Part shown: piece by piece, positions 53,839 through 64,000 of the stretch
Layout: each line of letters begins with the position of its first letter
How positions within the stretch are numbered: position 1 is the first letter of the stretch
Origin: Escherichia coli
GTDB lineage: Bacteria > Pseudomonadota > Gammaproteobacteria > Enterobacterales > Enterobacteriaceae
Length of the DNA stretch: 64,000 nucleotides
Assembly (NCBI RefSeq): GCF_050920415.1
Contig: NZ_CP169309.1
Reading direction: 5' to 3' (one strand)
Notes under the pieces: generated by a model
Databases searched by the model: none
What the model saw: only the letters and a program-made list of their open reading frames with translations
Told to the model about the DNA's origin: nothing
Position numbers and translations under genes: made by a program

Positions 53839-55146
53839 TTATTTGCTGCTGTCCGGGCCGCGCTCACCGGTTGCTACGGGATTTTTCGGATCGCTGCTCC
53901 ATTCGTACCAGCCGCCGTCGTAAACGGAGACGTTATTCCAGCCCATTGCTCGTGCGTACATAAAGGTTTCGGACGCGCGCCAGCCGGTGCCGCAGTAGAA
54001 TGAAACTTGCTGATCTGGTTTGATATTCCATGCTTTCCACATAGCGGCAATATCATCGGCGCTACGCATGGTGCCATCCGGGTTATGGAAATCCTCCATA
54101 TGCGTCGAGTCGCTACCAGCGTGTCCCCAACGGGCTCCGGCTATTTCACCTTTTGGCTTAATATAGCTGTAACCACTGGTCGTACCGATAAATTCTGGCC
54201 ACGAACGAATGCTCACCAGCGATGCATCCTGGCGATGCAGCAGCCCACGGGCCTGTTCCATATCAAGCATCAACTGCGGTTGCGCCGGGATCTTCACGCC
54301 GAAATCCGGTTCAGCTTTCACTTTCGGTGGCGTTCCGCGCTCAACAGGCAGTCCCGCGTCGGACCAGGTTTGCCAGCCGCCGTCCAGCAGGCGCACATCT
54401 TTCACCCCTGCATAGAGCATAATCTGTGCTACACGCGCTGCTGCGTATACATCACGACCATATAGAATCACCGTGGTGTCATGACGAATGCCATGTTTTG
54501 CCAGCATCGCTTTCAGTTGTTCATCAGAGACTTTATTCCACAGCGGTTCGCTTTCCACTTCATTGGTATCGATGTAATCCGCGCCGGGAATATGGCTGAT
54601 AAGGTAAAGCTTAGGAGCGCCCCAGGCCGCTTCAATGACTTTCCAGTCACCGGCAGGTTTCGCTGTAACGTCTTTTCCTTGTTGCAGGTCATGCAGCCAT
54701 TGCGGATAAACCAGCTGCTCAAAGTGCGGCAGTTTTTGCAGACGGGAAGGTTCGCTTAGCGCGTCACTCAAAATGGAGATATGCGTAAAACCTGCTTTTT
54801 GCAGTCGCGTTTTGACGGCGTCGACATCTTTGTCATTACCGTACAGCGCCACCGGAGCGTCGGTTTTCAGGTTATGTTGCTTGATCCACGCGTTGAGCTG
54901 TTCGGTGCTCATTTTGTCGAGCCAGCTAGCAGAGAGGTTTAAGGCGGCAGGTTCATGACCAGAAGGGCCATTTAAGGTTTGTGGCCAGCCGTTATAAAAC
55001 GCGCTGGGGCGAGTATCTATCGCTTTGCCATTTTGTTGTTGAAGCTGGTCAAGTGTAAGAGGCTTCGCCAGTTCAGCGGCCCACGAAGAAGCGCAAGCCA
55101 GCCCTAAAGCCATTGCCAGCGCGGTCATTTGAGAAACACGTTTCAT
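53839..55146 (-). CDS. ynjE: Periplasmic triple-rhodanese sulfurtransferase YnjE (435 aa)
   Basis: Signal peptide ...ACASSWA. Active-site loop CGTGWRAS lies in the last rhodanese domain. Confidence 0.92.
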   Translation of the reverse strand: MKRVSQMTALAMALGLACASSWAAELAKPLTLDQLQQQNGKAIDTRPSAFYNGWPQTLNGPSGHEPAALNLSASWLDKMSTEQLNAWIKQHNLKTDAPVALYGNDKDVDAVKTRLQKAGFTHISILSDALSEPSRLQKLPHFEQLVYPQWLHDLQQGKDVTAKPAGDWKVIEAAWGAPKLYLISHIPGADYIDTNEVESEPLWNKVSDEQLKAMLAKHGIRHDTTVILYGRDVYAAARVAQIMLYAGVKDVRLLDGGWQTWSDAGLPVERGTPPKVKAEPDFGVKIPAQPQLMLDMEQARGLLHRQDASLVSIRSWPEFIGTTSGYSYIKPKGEIAGARWGHAGSDSTHMEDFHNPDGTMRSADDIAAMWKAWNIKPDQQVSFYCGTGWRASETFMYARAMGWNNVSVYDGGWYEWSSDPKNPVATGERGPDSSK

Positions 55147-55212
55147 CGAAAATCCCGACATTGTAGTTTTGAGTGCGCCATTCTGAACTGACGCATTGGG
55201 AAAAACTTTGCG

Positions 55213-55866
55213 TTATCGCAGTTTGTTGTAATTTTCTGACCACTGCGCCATATCCAGAACAGAACTATCAGCAGGAACATCCTGGATATCGTGCGTTACC
55301 TGAACGACGGGGATCGCCATGGCGCGAATTTCGCTGAACACCCACTGGCGAAAATTATCGCGCAGAGCCACATCAAGACGGCTGAACGGCTCATCCAGGA
55401 GTAACGCTCTTGGCTGGGCGAGAAGGGCGCGTAGCAGAGCAACGCGCGCTCGCTGACCGCCAGACAAAGTGGCAGGATCCTGATGGAAAGCTCCGTCAAG
55501 GCCTGAACGCTCAAGTGCATCATTCACGGCATTACGTCGGGCATTCCCCTTAAGTGTCTCCGGTAGCGCCAGCAGTAAATTTTGCCCGACGCTGAACTGG
55601 TCAAATAACAGTGCATCCTGGAAAAGAATGCCAATCTGACGCTGTGCGGTGGGTTGCATGTCAATCCGTTGCTCATTGAGCCATAGCTCACCTGCACAAG
55701 AAAACTGTCCGGCCAGCGCACCAATCATCCATGAAAACAGTGTAGATTTTCCACAGCCAGACGGCCCCATTAACGTGACAATGTCACCTTTATCCACCGT
55801 AAAGTTAACGTTTGTCAGCAAGCGGCTTTCTGGTAAACGTAGCGAAACATTTTTCACGCAGAGCAT
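55213..55866 (-). CDS. ynjD: ABC transporter ATPase YnjD (217 aa)
   Basis: Walker A GPSGCGKST, signature LSGGQRARV, Walker B LLLDEP. The start overlaps the ynjC stop (TAATG). Confidence 0.92.
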   Translation of the reverse strand: MLCVKNVSLRLPESRLLTNVNFTVDKGDIVTLMGPSGCGKSTLFSWMIGALAGQFSCAGELWLNEQRIDMQPTAQRQIGILFQDALLFDQFSVGQNLLLALPETLKGNARRNAVNDALERSGLDGAFHQDPATLSGGQRARVALLRALLAQPRALLLDEPFSRLDVALRDNFRQWVFSEIRAMAIPVVQVTHDIQDVPADSSVLDMAQWSENYNKLR

Positions 55867-57401
55867 TAGCGGAGTCCTTGTCTGACATAACCTACCCATT
55901 TTGCGACTAACGCGGTCAGGGCAAAAATAATAAGCGGCAACAGTAGTTGCCATAAAGCCTGGGCGGCGAGAATGCCGTTGCTGCCGCCGCTGCTTAATGC
56001 CACCGCTTCAGTGGTGAGCGTCGGAAAACGCCCCGCGCCCAGCCACAGAGTCGGCATATACTGCGCAATACTGACTGAAAATCCTACCGCGAAGGCAATC
56101 AGCGCAGGGCGCAACATGAGTGGGCATTTCACGTAAAAGAAGATTTTGGCCCGCGACCAGCCCAGTGTTTGCGCAATCAAAATTAACCGTGAATCAATGC
56201 GCTGCCAGGCGGGTTGCAGGATAAACAGCATCCACGGCATTACCCACAGCAGATGCCCCCAGACCACCGCTGTCCAGCTCCCATCTATGTTCAGCCATAG
56301 CGCCAGCATGTACTGGCCCGCCACCAGCGGCAGAGCGGGTAATAAAATGGGCAACCAGAGCCACAACTGGCGACGCTTTGCCCCCCATTCCAGCCACAGC
56401 AGTAACAGGACCAAAGCGATAAACGTCGCCACCAGCCCCATTGTCAGGCTGTTGATGAGCGCTTCACTATTGATCGTCGACTGATCCGCGAGGATCGCCA
56501 GCAGAACCACACACAGCACACCGGTTAAGGGTAAAAAACTCGCCAGTGTATTGCCGGGTAATAAAGGCGTGGCGGGCTTACGAACGCCATCTACGCGGGG
56601 AATGGTGCACTGCCAGGCGCGCCAAAGTAAATAGCCCAGCAAAACGTAGACGGCGAGTAACAGCATCAGCAGCAGGCTGGCGAGTGCGCCTTTCATCTGT
56701 TGATCGGCGTCGCCTTGGGTTAACCACTGCCAGCTAATTACCGCCAGCGTCGGTGGATTACCCGGCCCGAGAATAATTGCCACATCCACGACCGACAACG
56801 ACCATGCCACAATAGCCAGCATCGCCATTGCCAGTGCAGGCGCGACGGAGGGCAACAACAACCAGTTCAGACATTGCCAGCGGCTGTAGCCCAGCGAATC
56901 CAGTACAATAACCTGCTGCAACAGCCGTTTCTCGCTCAATACTGCCGCTAAGATCCACAGCAGAAATGCGCTTTCTTTCACCGCCAGGGTAAGGCCCAGC
57001 CCAATACCCAATTTATCCATCGGCGGAGTGAGAAAAGGAAAAACCTGATAAACCAGGCCACCTTCAGCAAACAGCAACAGGGCGCTGGTGGCAAAAGCCA
57101 CATGGGGAATGGCGAGCAGCCACGGCAGACGGGCGCACATACGCTGCCATTTCGGCCCAGGCCACAGCGCCATAATTACCAGCAGGGCAATCGTCAATGC
57201 GCCGAGCGCCGCGATGGTTGTTGACACCAGTGTTGCCAGTAAGGCCTGCGGTAGCTGCGGATCGGCAAATAACGCCTGCCAGTGTGCCAACGACAAAGCA
57301 GGCGATATCAGCGTGAGAGCTGCCGGGATCAGCGGTGCATAAATCACCGCCACCATCGCCCACAGCAACAAGATTAATGCGTACCGTAACGGTGTAGCCA
57401 T
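55866..57401 (-). CDS. ynjC: ABC transporter fused double permease YnjC (511 aa)
   Basis: About 12 TM segments with a duplicated permease module, as in ThiP/FbpB. Start trimmed to MATPLRYALILLLW. Confidence 0.9.
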   Translation of the reverse strand: MATPLRYALILLLWAMVAVIYAPLIPAALTLISPALSLAHWQALFADPQLPQALLATLVSTTIAALGALTIALLVIMALWPGPKWQRMCARLPWLLAIPHVAFATSALLLFAEGGLVYQVFPFLTPPMDKLGIGLGLTLAVKESAFLLWILAAVLSEKRLLQQVIVLDSLGYSRWQCLNWLLLPSVAPALAMAMLAIVAWSLSVVDVAIILGPGNPPTLAVISWQWLTQGDADQQMKGALASLLLMLLLAVYVLLGYLLWRAWQCTIPRVDGVRKPATPLLPGNTLASFLPLTGVLCVVLLAILADQSTINSEALINSLTMGLVATFIALVLLLLWLEWGAKRRQLWLWLPILLPALPLVAGQYMLALWLNIDGSWTAVVWGHLLWVMPWMLFILQPAWQRIDSRLILIAQTLGWSRAKIFFYVKCPLMLRPALIAFAVGFSVSIAQYMPTLWLGAGRFPTLTTEAVALSSGGSNGILAAQALWQLLLPLIIFALTALVAKWVGYVRQGLR

Positions 57402-58543
57402 TCTTGTTCCAGCGCATTTACCCAACCTGCGTGCGGTTCAGCCAGTACCGGCGGCAGATCCTGCGGCATTCTTGATTGCAATATTTCATGCTGCCCGTCA
57501 GGCAGTTTTTGCGGATCGAGAACCGATGGATCGCCCCAGACAGCAGGGTCTGCTTTACGTAGCTGTGCATCAGGTGAGAGCAGGAAATTGGCAACCACCT
57601 TCGCCGCAGCACTGGCATTCGCGTTAGCAGGAATGGTGACAAAATGCACGTTGCCAATCATCCCCTCGTTAAAACCAAAACTGTAACTGCTTGCCGGCAA
57701 ATCGCCACTGGCGATTTTTTGCTGGGCATGTGCAGGATTAAAGGTCAGCGACAGGCGCAATGTGCCAGCTTTCAGCAGAGCATCCATCCGCGCGGGCGAA
57801 GGTGGGAAATCCTTTCCTTCGCGCCATAAATACGGATGCAGCGCATCAAGATATTGCCACAAGGGCGCAGTGATACGGGCGAAAGTCGCATCGTTCGGCG
57901 CTTCTTTTAATGCTGCGGGATCTGGCGTCAGCATAATCAGTAACTGTTCAAGAAATGCGGTGCCAGTAAAGTCTGGCGGGCGCGGATAGGTAACCGTGCC
58001 AGGATTGGCTGTAGCAAATTCCAGTAAGGCTTGCGGTGTTTGTGGTGGCTGTGGCGTAACATCGCGGCGGGCGATAAACGTCAGTTGAGCGCCGCCCCAC
58101 GGCGATTCTGCGCCTTCGACAGGTACAGAAAAATCTTCCCGTACCGGCAGTTGTGTATCGACATAACGCCAGTTTGGCAGAGTCTCAGCCCAGCCGGTTT
58201 GCAGTAAATTGGCCTCTTTTAAAGTGCGGAAGTTTTCGCCGTTCACCCAGAGCAGATCCACCGAACCGCCTGTCTCGCGCCCGGCTGCGGCTTCGGTCTG
58301 AATGCGCTTCACCGCGTCTGCGGCATCCGCCAGGCGGACAATCTTCAGGTTTATATCATAATGGGTTTTCATCTCGCCGCTAACCCAGTCGAGATAGCGG
58401 TTAATTGCGGTATCGCCGCCCCAGGCGTTAAACCAGACGGTTTGCCCTTTGGCCTCATTTTTAACTTCCTGCCAGTCACTGGCATGTGTTGCCAGAGAAA
58501 ACAGCGATAACAATCCCAGCAACCACCCACAATGGCGCATCAT
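57374..58543 (-). CDS. ynjB: ABC transporter periplasmic substrate-binding protein YnjB
   Basis: Signal peptide MMRHCGWLLGLLSLFSLATHA. SBP family. Its 3' end overlaps the ynjC start by 28 nt. Confidence 0.9.
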   Translation of the reverse strand: MMRHCGWLLGLLSLFSLATHASDWQEVKNEAKGQTVWFNAWGGDTAINRYLDWVSGEMKTHYDINLKIVRLADAADAVKRIQTEAAAGRETGGSVDLLWVNGENFRTLKEANLLQTGWAETLPNWRYVDTQLPVREDFSVPVEGAESPWGGAQLTFIARRDVTPQPPQTPQALLEFATANPGTVTYPRPPDFTGTAFLEQLLIMLTPDPAALKEAPNDATFARITAPLWQYLDALHPYLWREGKDFPPSPARMDALLKAGTLRLSLTFNPAHAQQKIASGDLPASSYSFGFNEGMIGNVHFVTIPANANASAAAKVVANFLLSPDAQLRKADPAVWGDPSVLDPQKLPDGQHEILQSRMPQDLPPVLAEPHAGWVNALEQEWLHRYGTH

Positions 58544-58549
58544 CTCTCC

Positions 58550-59098
58550 TTAAGAACGTTTTTCAGGAATACGGCACAGCCCCTGAGCGGGAATGTCCAT
58601 GGCAGAATTAAAACGGGCTGACAGATTTTGCAGGCCGATCAATGCCGTCAGTTCGGTGAGCGCCTGGGCGTCAAAATGCGCAGCCAGTCGGGTACGCAGG
58701 GCATCATCGACCGTTGGCGGCGTTACGCTGGCGGCTTCGGCGTACTCCAGCGCCAGCCGTTCTTCATCGCTAAAGAGCGGGCTTTGCCGCCAGTCAGCCA
58801 CTGCCAGCAACTTATCGGTGCTGCCGGTACGCTCGGCGACTTTCATACTGGTGATATCCACGCAAAACTCACACAGGCACATTTGCGCAATGCGCGCGCT
58901 GACAAGCGATCGCACTACCGGATCGAGCGGTGAGCGTTTACGCTCCAGCCAACCGACAAACATCGACACCAGATAAAAGATAAACGGGATCCGTCCCCAC
59001 CAGCGAATTGGACTTAGCACCTCGCCGTAATGGCGACGATGCAGCCACGCCTGCGGACGTAAACTTAAAGGAATTTTGCTAAGCGGTGGTAAACCCAT
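58550..59098 (-). CDS. ynjA: AhpD-like/carboxymuconolactone-decarboxylase-family protein YnjA
   Basis: 182 aa with a CxxC motif (CEFCVD). The ATG overlaps the ydjZ stop (TGATG). Confidence 0.88.
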   Translation of the reverse strand: MGLPPLSKIPLSLRPQAWLHRRHYGEVLSPIRWWGRIPFIFYLVSMFVGWLERKRSPLDPVVRSLVSARIAQMCLCEFCVDITSMKVAERTGSTDKLLAVADWRQSPLFSDEERLALEYAEAASVTPPTVDDALRTRLAAHFDAQALTELTALIGLQNLSARFNSAMDIPAQGLCRIPEKRS

Positions 59099-59802
59099 CA
59101 GGCATTCCTCTTCTGGCGTTCAAGCCATATTTTTTTCGCCATAAAAATCACCACGGTCAGGGCAAACAGAATAAACAGTCCGGTGACAAACCAGAAGGTA
59201 CCGCCCGTTAACATACTGCCCGCCCAGGAATAAACAATAGTCGCCGGTAACTGACCAAGCCCGGTGGCGATAAAAAACGAGCGAAAACGTATTGACGTCA
59301 AACCGGCAGCATAGCTGATTGGATCGAAAGGGACAAAAGGCAATAACCGGCATACCAGGATAGTGTGTTTGCCGTAGCGAGTGAAAAAGCCGTCCATACT
59401 GTCAAGCATGGTTTTACCGGTTAATTTTTCCACCACTTCGCGGCCCATTACTCTGGCGATAAAAAAGCATAGCGCCGCGCCCGCCATAGAACTGGTCCAC
59501 GACAGCAAGCCGCCCCAGAACGCGCCAAACAGCGACGCATTGGCAAAGGTGATCAAAAATGCAGGCAGCGGTGCAGCAATGGCCTGTAAGATCATTAAAA
59601 AGAATGAGACCAGTGCAGCCTGCGTGCCGTAAGACGCAATAAAGCGTTCAATGCCTTGTTGATCCACGGCGGCAAAGGCTACAAGGCTGCTGTTAATAAA
59701 CTCATAAACGCCGGGAATCAGCGCCCATGCGAGCAGCGCAACAATTAACAAGATGATAATGACGCCACGCCAGAGCCACATTTTACGGTTTTTATCTCTC
59801 AT
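59098..59802 (-). CDS. ydjZ: TVP38/TMEM64 (DedA-related) membrane protein YdjZ
   Basis: 234 aa, multi-TM, with family motifs FFIARVMGRE and RLLPFVPFD. Confidence 0.9.
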   Translation of the reverse strand: MRDKNRKMWLWRGVIIILLIVALLAWALIPGVYEFINSSLVAFAAVDQQGIERFIASYGTQAALVSFFLMILQAIAAPLPAFLITFANASLFGAFWGGLLSWTSSMAGAALCFFIARVMGREVVEKLTGKTMLDSMDGFFTRYGKHTILVCRLLPFVPFDPISYAAGLTSIRFRSFFIATGLGQLPATIVYSWAGSMLTGGTFWFVTGLFILFALTVVIFMAKKIWLERQKRNA

Positions 59803-59805
59803 CTT

Positions 59806-60510
59806 TCATCTTTGTTGTTCGGTTAAAGAGGTTTTATCAGAAGTGGTCAGTGCCACTTGTTTGTAACGGGCGTAGCATTTAGCAAGCTGAATAAGAATAA
59901 ACAGTATTAGCCCTGCCAGACAAAGTTTGAAAATAAATGATAATGTTATGCCTTCAGTAACAAGGTCGCTGGCCATAAAAGTATAAATAAAGATCCCCGG
60001 CAGAGTCGTGAATGCCGAAATAAAGGTATATGGCCAAAAGGCAATGGCGGTTAATCCGTAGGCGTAATTTTGAATATTGTAAGGAAATAGCGGAATTAAG
60101 CGGGTAAGAATAAGAAAATCGATACCGTTACGTGCAATCCCTTTCTCAATAGACTGAAAGACGGTGGTATCCCCAACATATTTCAGCACCAGTTCTCGCC
60201 CCATCCAGCGAGCAATCAAAAAGGAAACCGACGAAGCGAGCGTTGCTGCAACTAACGAAAGCAGAGTCCCCAAGAATGGACCAAAAATAATGCCACTGCC
60301 AATGACCAGGACACTACCGGGCAGCAGCAGAAGAGTGGCAATAACAAATAACAGAATATAAAGGCTGTAACCGAAAATACCACTCTGGCGAATAAGTGCC
60401 TGCAAGTGAGGAAGATCGCTAATGAAATTGAATATGCCTGAAGCATAAACAAGATAAATTGCCAGAGCAAAAGTCAGACTACCAACAACGAACTTACACT
60501 CAGCTTTCAT
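59806..60510 (-). CDS. ydjX: TVP38/TMEM64-family membrane protein (YdjX-like paralogue)
   Basis: 234 aa. Shares motifs FLIARWMGRE and RLIPLFPYN with YdjZ. Hand-counted lines give about 33-45% GC. The stop lies 3 nt before the ydjZ ATG. Confidence 0.8.
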   Translation of the reverse strand: MKAECKFVVGSLTFALAIYLVYASGIFNFISDLPHLQALIRQSGIFGYSLYILLFVIATLLLLPGSVLVIGSGIIFGPFLGTLLSLVAATLASSVSFLIARWMGRELVLKYVGDTTVFQSIEKGIARNGIDFLILTRLIPLFPYNIQNYAYGLTAIAFWPYTFISAFTTLPGIFIYTFMASDLVTEGITLSFIFKLCLAGLILFILIQLAKCYARYKQVALTTSDKTSLTEQQR

Positions 60511-60630
60511 CGTGGAGATTTCCTATATCAAGCCTTGATAATAGAGAAGTGAAAAACGCGATGACGGTATAACAAACCTAAGCTGGTCACAAATCCTTAC
60601 TGCCAGTTTCTTGATTATCCTCAAGAATCG

Positions 60631-60659
60631 GCCTCCTGACCTGGAGGATGTCAGGAGGC
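60631..60659 (-). terminator. Hairpin downstream of xthA
   Basis: 10-bp stem GCCTCCTGAC / GTCAGGAGGC, 8 nt after the xthA stop. The U tract is weak. Confidence 0.55.
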
Positions 60660-60666
60660 TGCGTCA

Positions 60667-61473
60667 TTAGCGGCGGAAGGTCGCCCACACAGGCGCGTGA
60701 TCGGACGGTTTTTCCATGCTGCGGATTTCATAGTCGATGCCGGTTTCTACGCAACAGTCTGCCAGCGGTTGGCTGGCGAGCAGCAGGTCGATACGCAGAC
60801 CACGGTTATCGTCAAAACCTTTTGAGCGGTAATCAAACCATGAGAAACGATCTGCTGTTTCCGGATTCGCATGGCGGAAGGTATCCACCAGCCCCCAACT
60901 TATCAGCCTGTCCATCCATTCACGTTCTTCAGGCAGGAAAGAACATTTACCAGTACGCAGCCAGCGTTTGCGGTTCTCTTCGCCAATGCCGATATCCAGG
61001 TCGGTGGGGCTGATATTCATATCGCCCATAATCAGCACCGGATTTTCACGCTTGAGTTCGGTTTCCAAATAATTTTGCAGATTCTGATAAAACTGCGCCT
61101 TCGCCGGGAATTTTATCGGATGGTCGCGGCTTTCACCCTGCGGGAAGTAACCGTTGATCACGGTGACATTGCCCAGCGGCGAGGGGATTTCCGCCATAAT
61201 AATTCGCCGCTGCGCCTCTTCGCCGTCGTCAGGGAAGCCGCGACGCACGGCAATCGGCGTCTCTTTGGTCAGCAGCGCCACGCCATAATGGCCTTTCTGC
61301 CCGTGATAAAACACGTTGTAGCCGAGCTTCGCCACCTCTTCGAGCGGAAACATATCGTCATGAACTTTTGTCTCCTGCAGGCCAATCACATCCGGTTGGT
61401 GCTTTTCGACGATGGCTTCAAGCTGGTGAGGTCTGGCGCGCAGGCCGTTGATATTAAAAGAGACAAATTTCAT
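60667..61473 (-). CDS. xthA: Exodeoxyribonuclease III (268 aa)
   Basis: [14 protein letters not shown]... ExoIII/AP endonuclease family. Confidence 0.96.
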   Translation of the reverse strand: MKFVSFNINGLRARPHQLEAIVEKHQPDVIGLQETKVHDDMFPLEEVAKLGYNVFYHGQKGHYGVALLTKETPIAVRRGFPDDGEEAQRRIIMAEIPSPLGNVTVINGYFPQGESRDHPIKFPAKAQFYQNLQNYLETELKRENPVLIMGDMNISPTDLDIGIGEENRKRWLRTGKCSFLPEEREWMDRLISWGLVDTFRHANPETADRFSWFDYRSKGFDDNRGLRIDLLLASQPLADCCVETGIDYEIRSMEKPSDHAPVWATFRR

Positions 61474-61830
61474 AGTCGCTGCCATTTATTCAGATAAAGA
61501 GTGCGTGGATGGTAGCAGAATTTCGCTTTGCTTACCGCCTGTTGTTAAGTGATTTGATCGATGGTTGTTAATGATGTCAACGATGGCGCAAAAAATGCCC
61601 GCTTTTGGTGCGCGCTGCGTCAGAATGGCGCAGTAATTTCCAGTAAATTTCGTCAATGATCACAATTCCAGAATTATATTTTACTTCTGCATAACATTGC
61701 GTTTTTTATTCTTTTTATTCACCTGCATCGCAAACGTATTCACTTTATATGCACTTTAAATGCATATGGTTTGGTTATAACTCCTTGATTTCCAGTTAGC
61801 CACCGCGGTTTATGCACTTTTATCACTGGC

Positions 61831-61846
61831 TGGCACGAACCCTGCA
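61831..61846 (+). promoter_or_regulatory. Sigma54 (-24/-12) promoter of astCADBE
   Basis: TGGCAC-GAACC-CTGCA with canonical GG-N10-GC spacing, about 75 nt upstream of the astC ATG. Confidence 0.75.
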
Positions 61847-61882
61847 ATCTACATTTACAGCGCAAACATTACTTATTATTAA

Positions 61883-64000
<2,118 letters not shown>

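Noticed and set aside
60871-61497. 208-aa plus-strand ORF inside xthA
   Set aside because: Antisense to exonuclease III. The xthA reading frame matches the known protein end to end.

Overview
The window reads as ordinary enterobacterial (Escherichia coli-type) core chromosome. From memory of the proteins and gene order, it is collinear with the K-12 yoaH-to-astA segment (b1811 down to b1747), in inverted orientation. I call about 70 protein genes, nearly all recognisable. They include yoaA, tsaB, fadD, rnd, yeaXWV, dmlAR, leuE, three GGDEF genes, yeaGH, mipA, gapA, msrB, the ydjLKJIHG-ydjF-ydjE sugar-acid cluster, pncA, ansA, sppA, selD-topB, gdhA, nudG, ynjE, the ydjX/ydjZ-ynjABCD operon, xthA and astCA. 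Five genes are missing from the ORF track. Four are under 60 aa: yoaH, yoaJ, yoaK and yoaI. The fifth is the 3'-truncated astA. Many ORF-track starts are too long and were trimmed. I see no tRNA, rRNA, CRISPR, IS element, integrase, prophage or recognisable defence system, and no convincing wholly new system. The most unusual content is three apparent indels relative to my memory of K-12. A SIMPL/DUF541 lipoprotein gene lies between ansA and sppA. ynjI is absent between topB and gdhA, where only a REP is found. A single low-GC TVP38 gene sits where ydjX-ydjY would be. Also notable are the functionally unassigned ydjX/ydjZ-ynjABCD (+ynjE/ynjF) envelope module, two canonical sigma54 promoters (yeaG and astC), and candidate operator repeats with a G8 tract in the ydj cluster. 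Every comparison with K-12 is from memory and needs an alignment to confirm.
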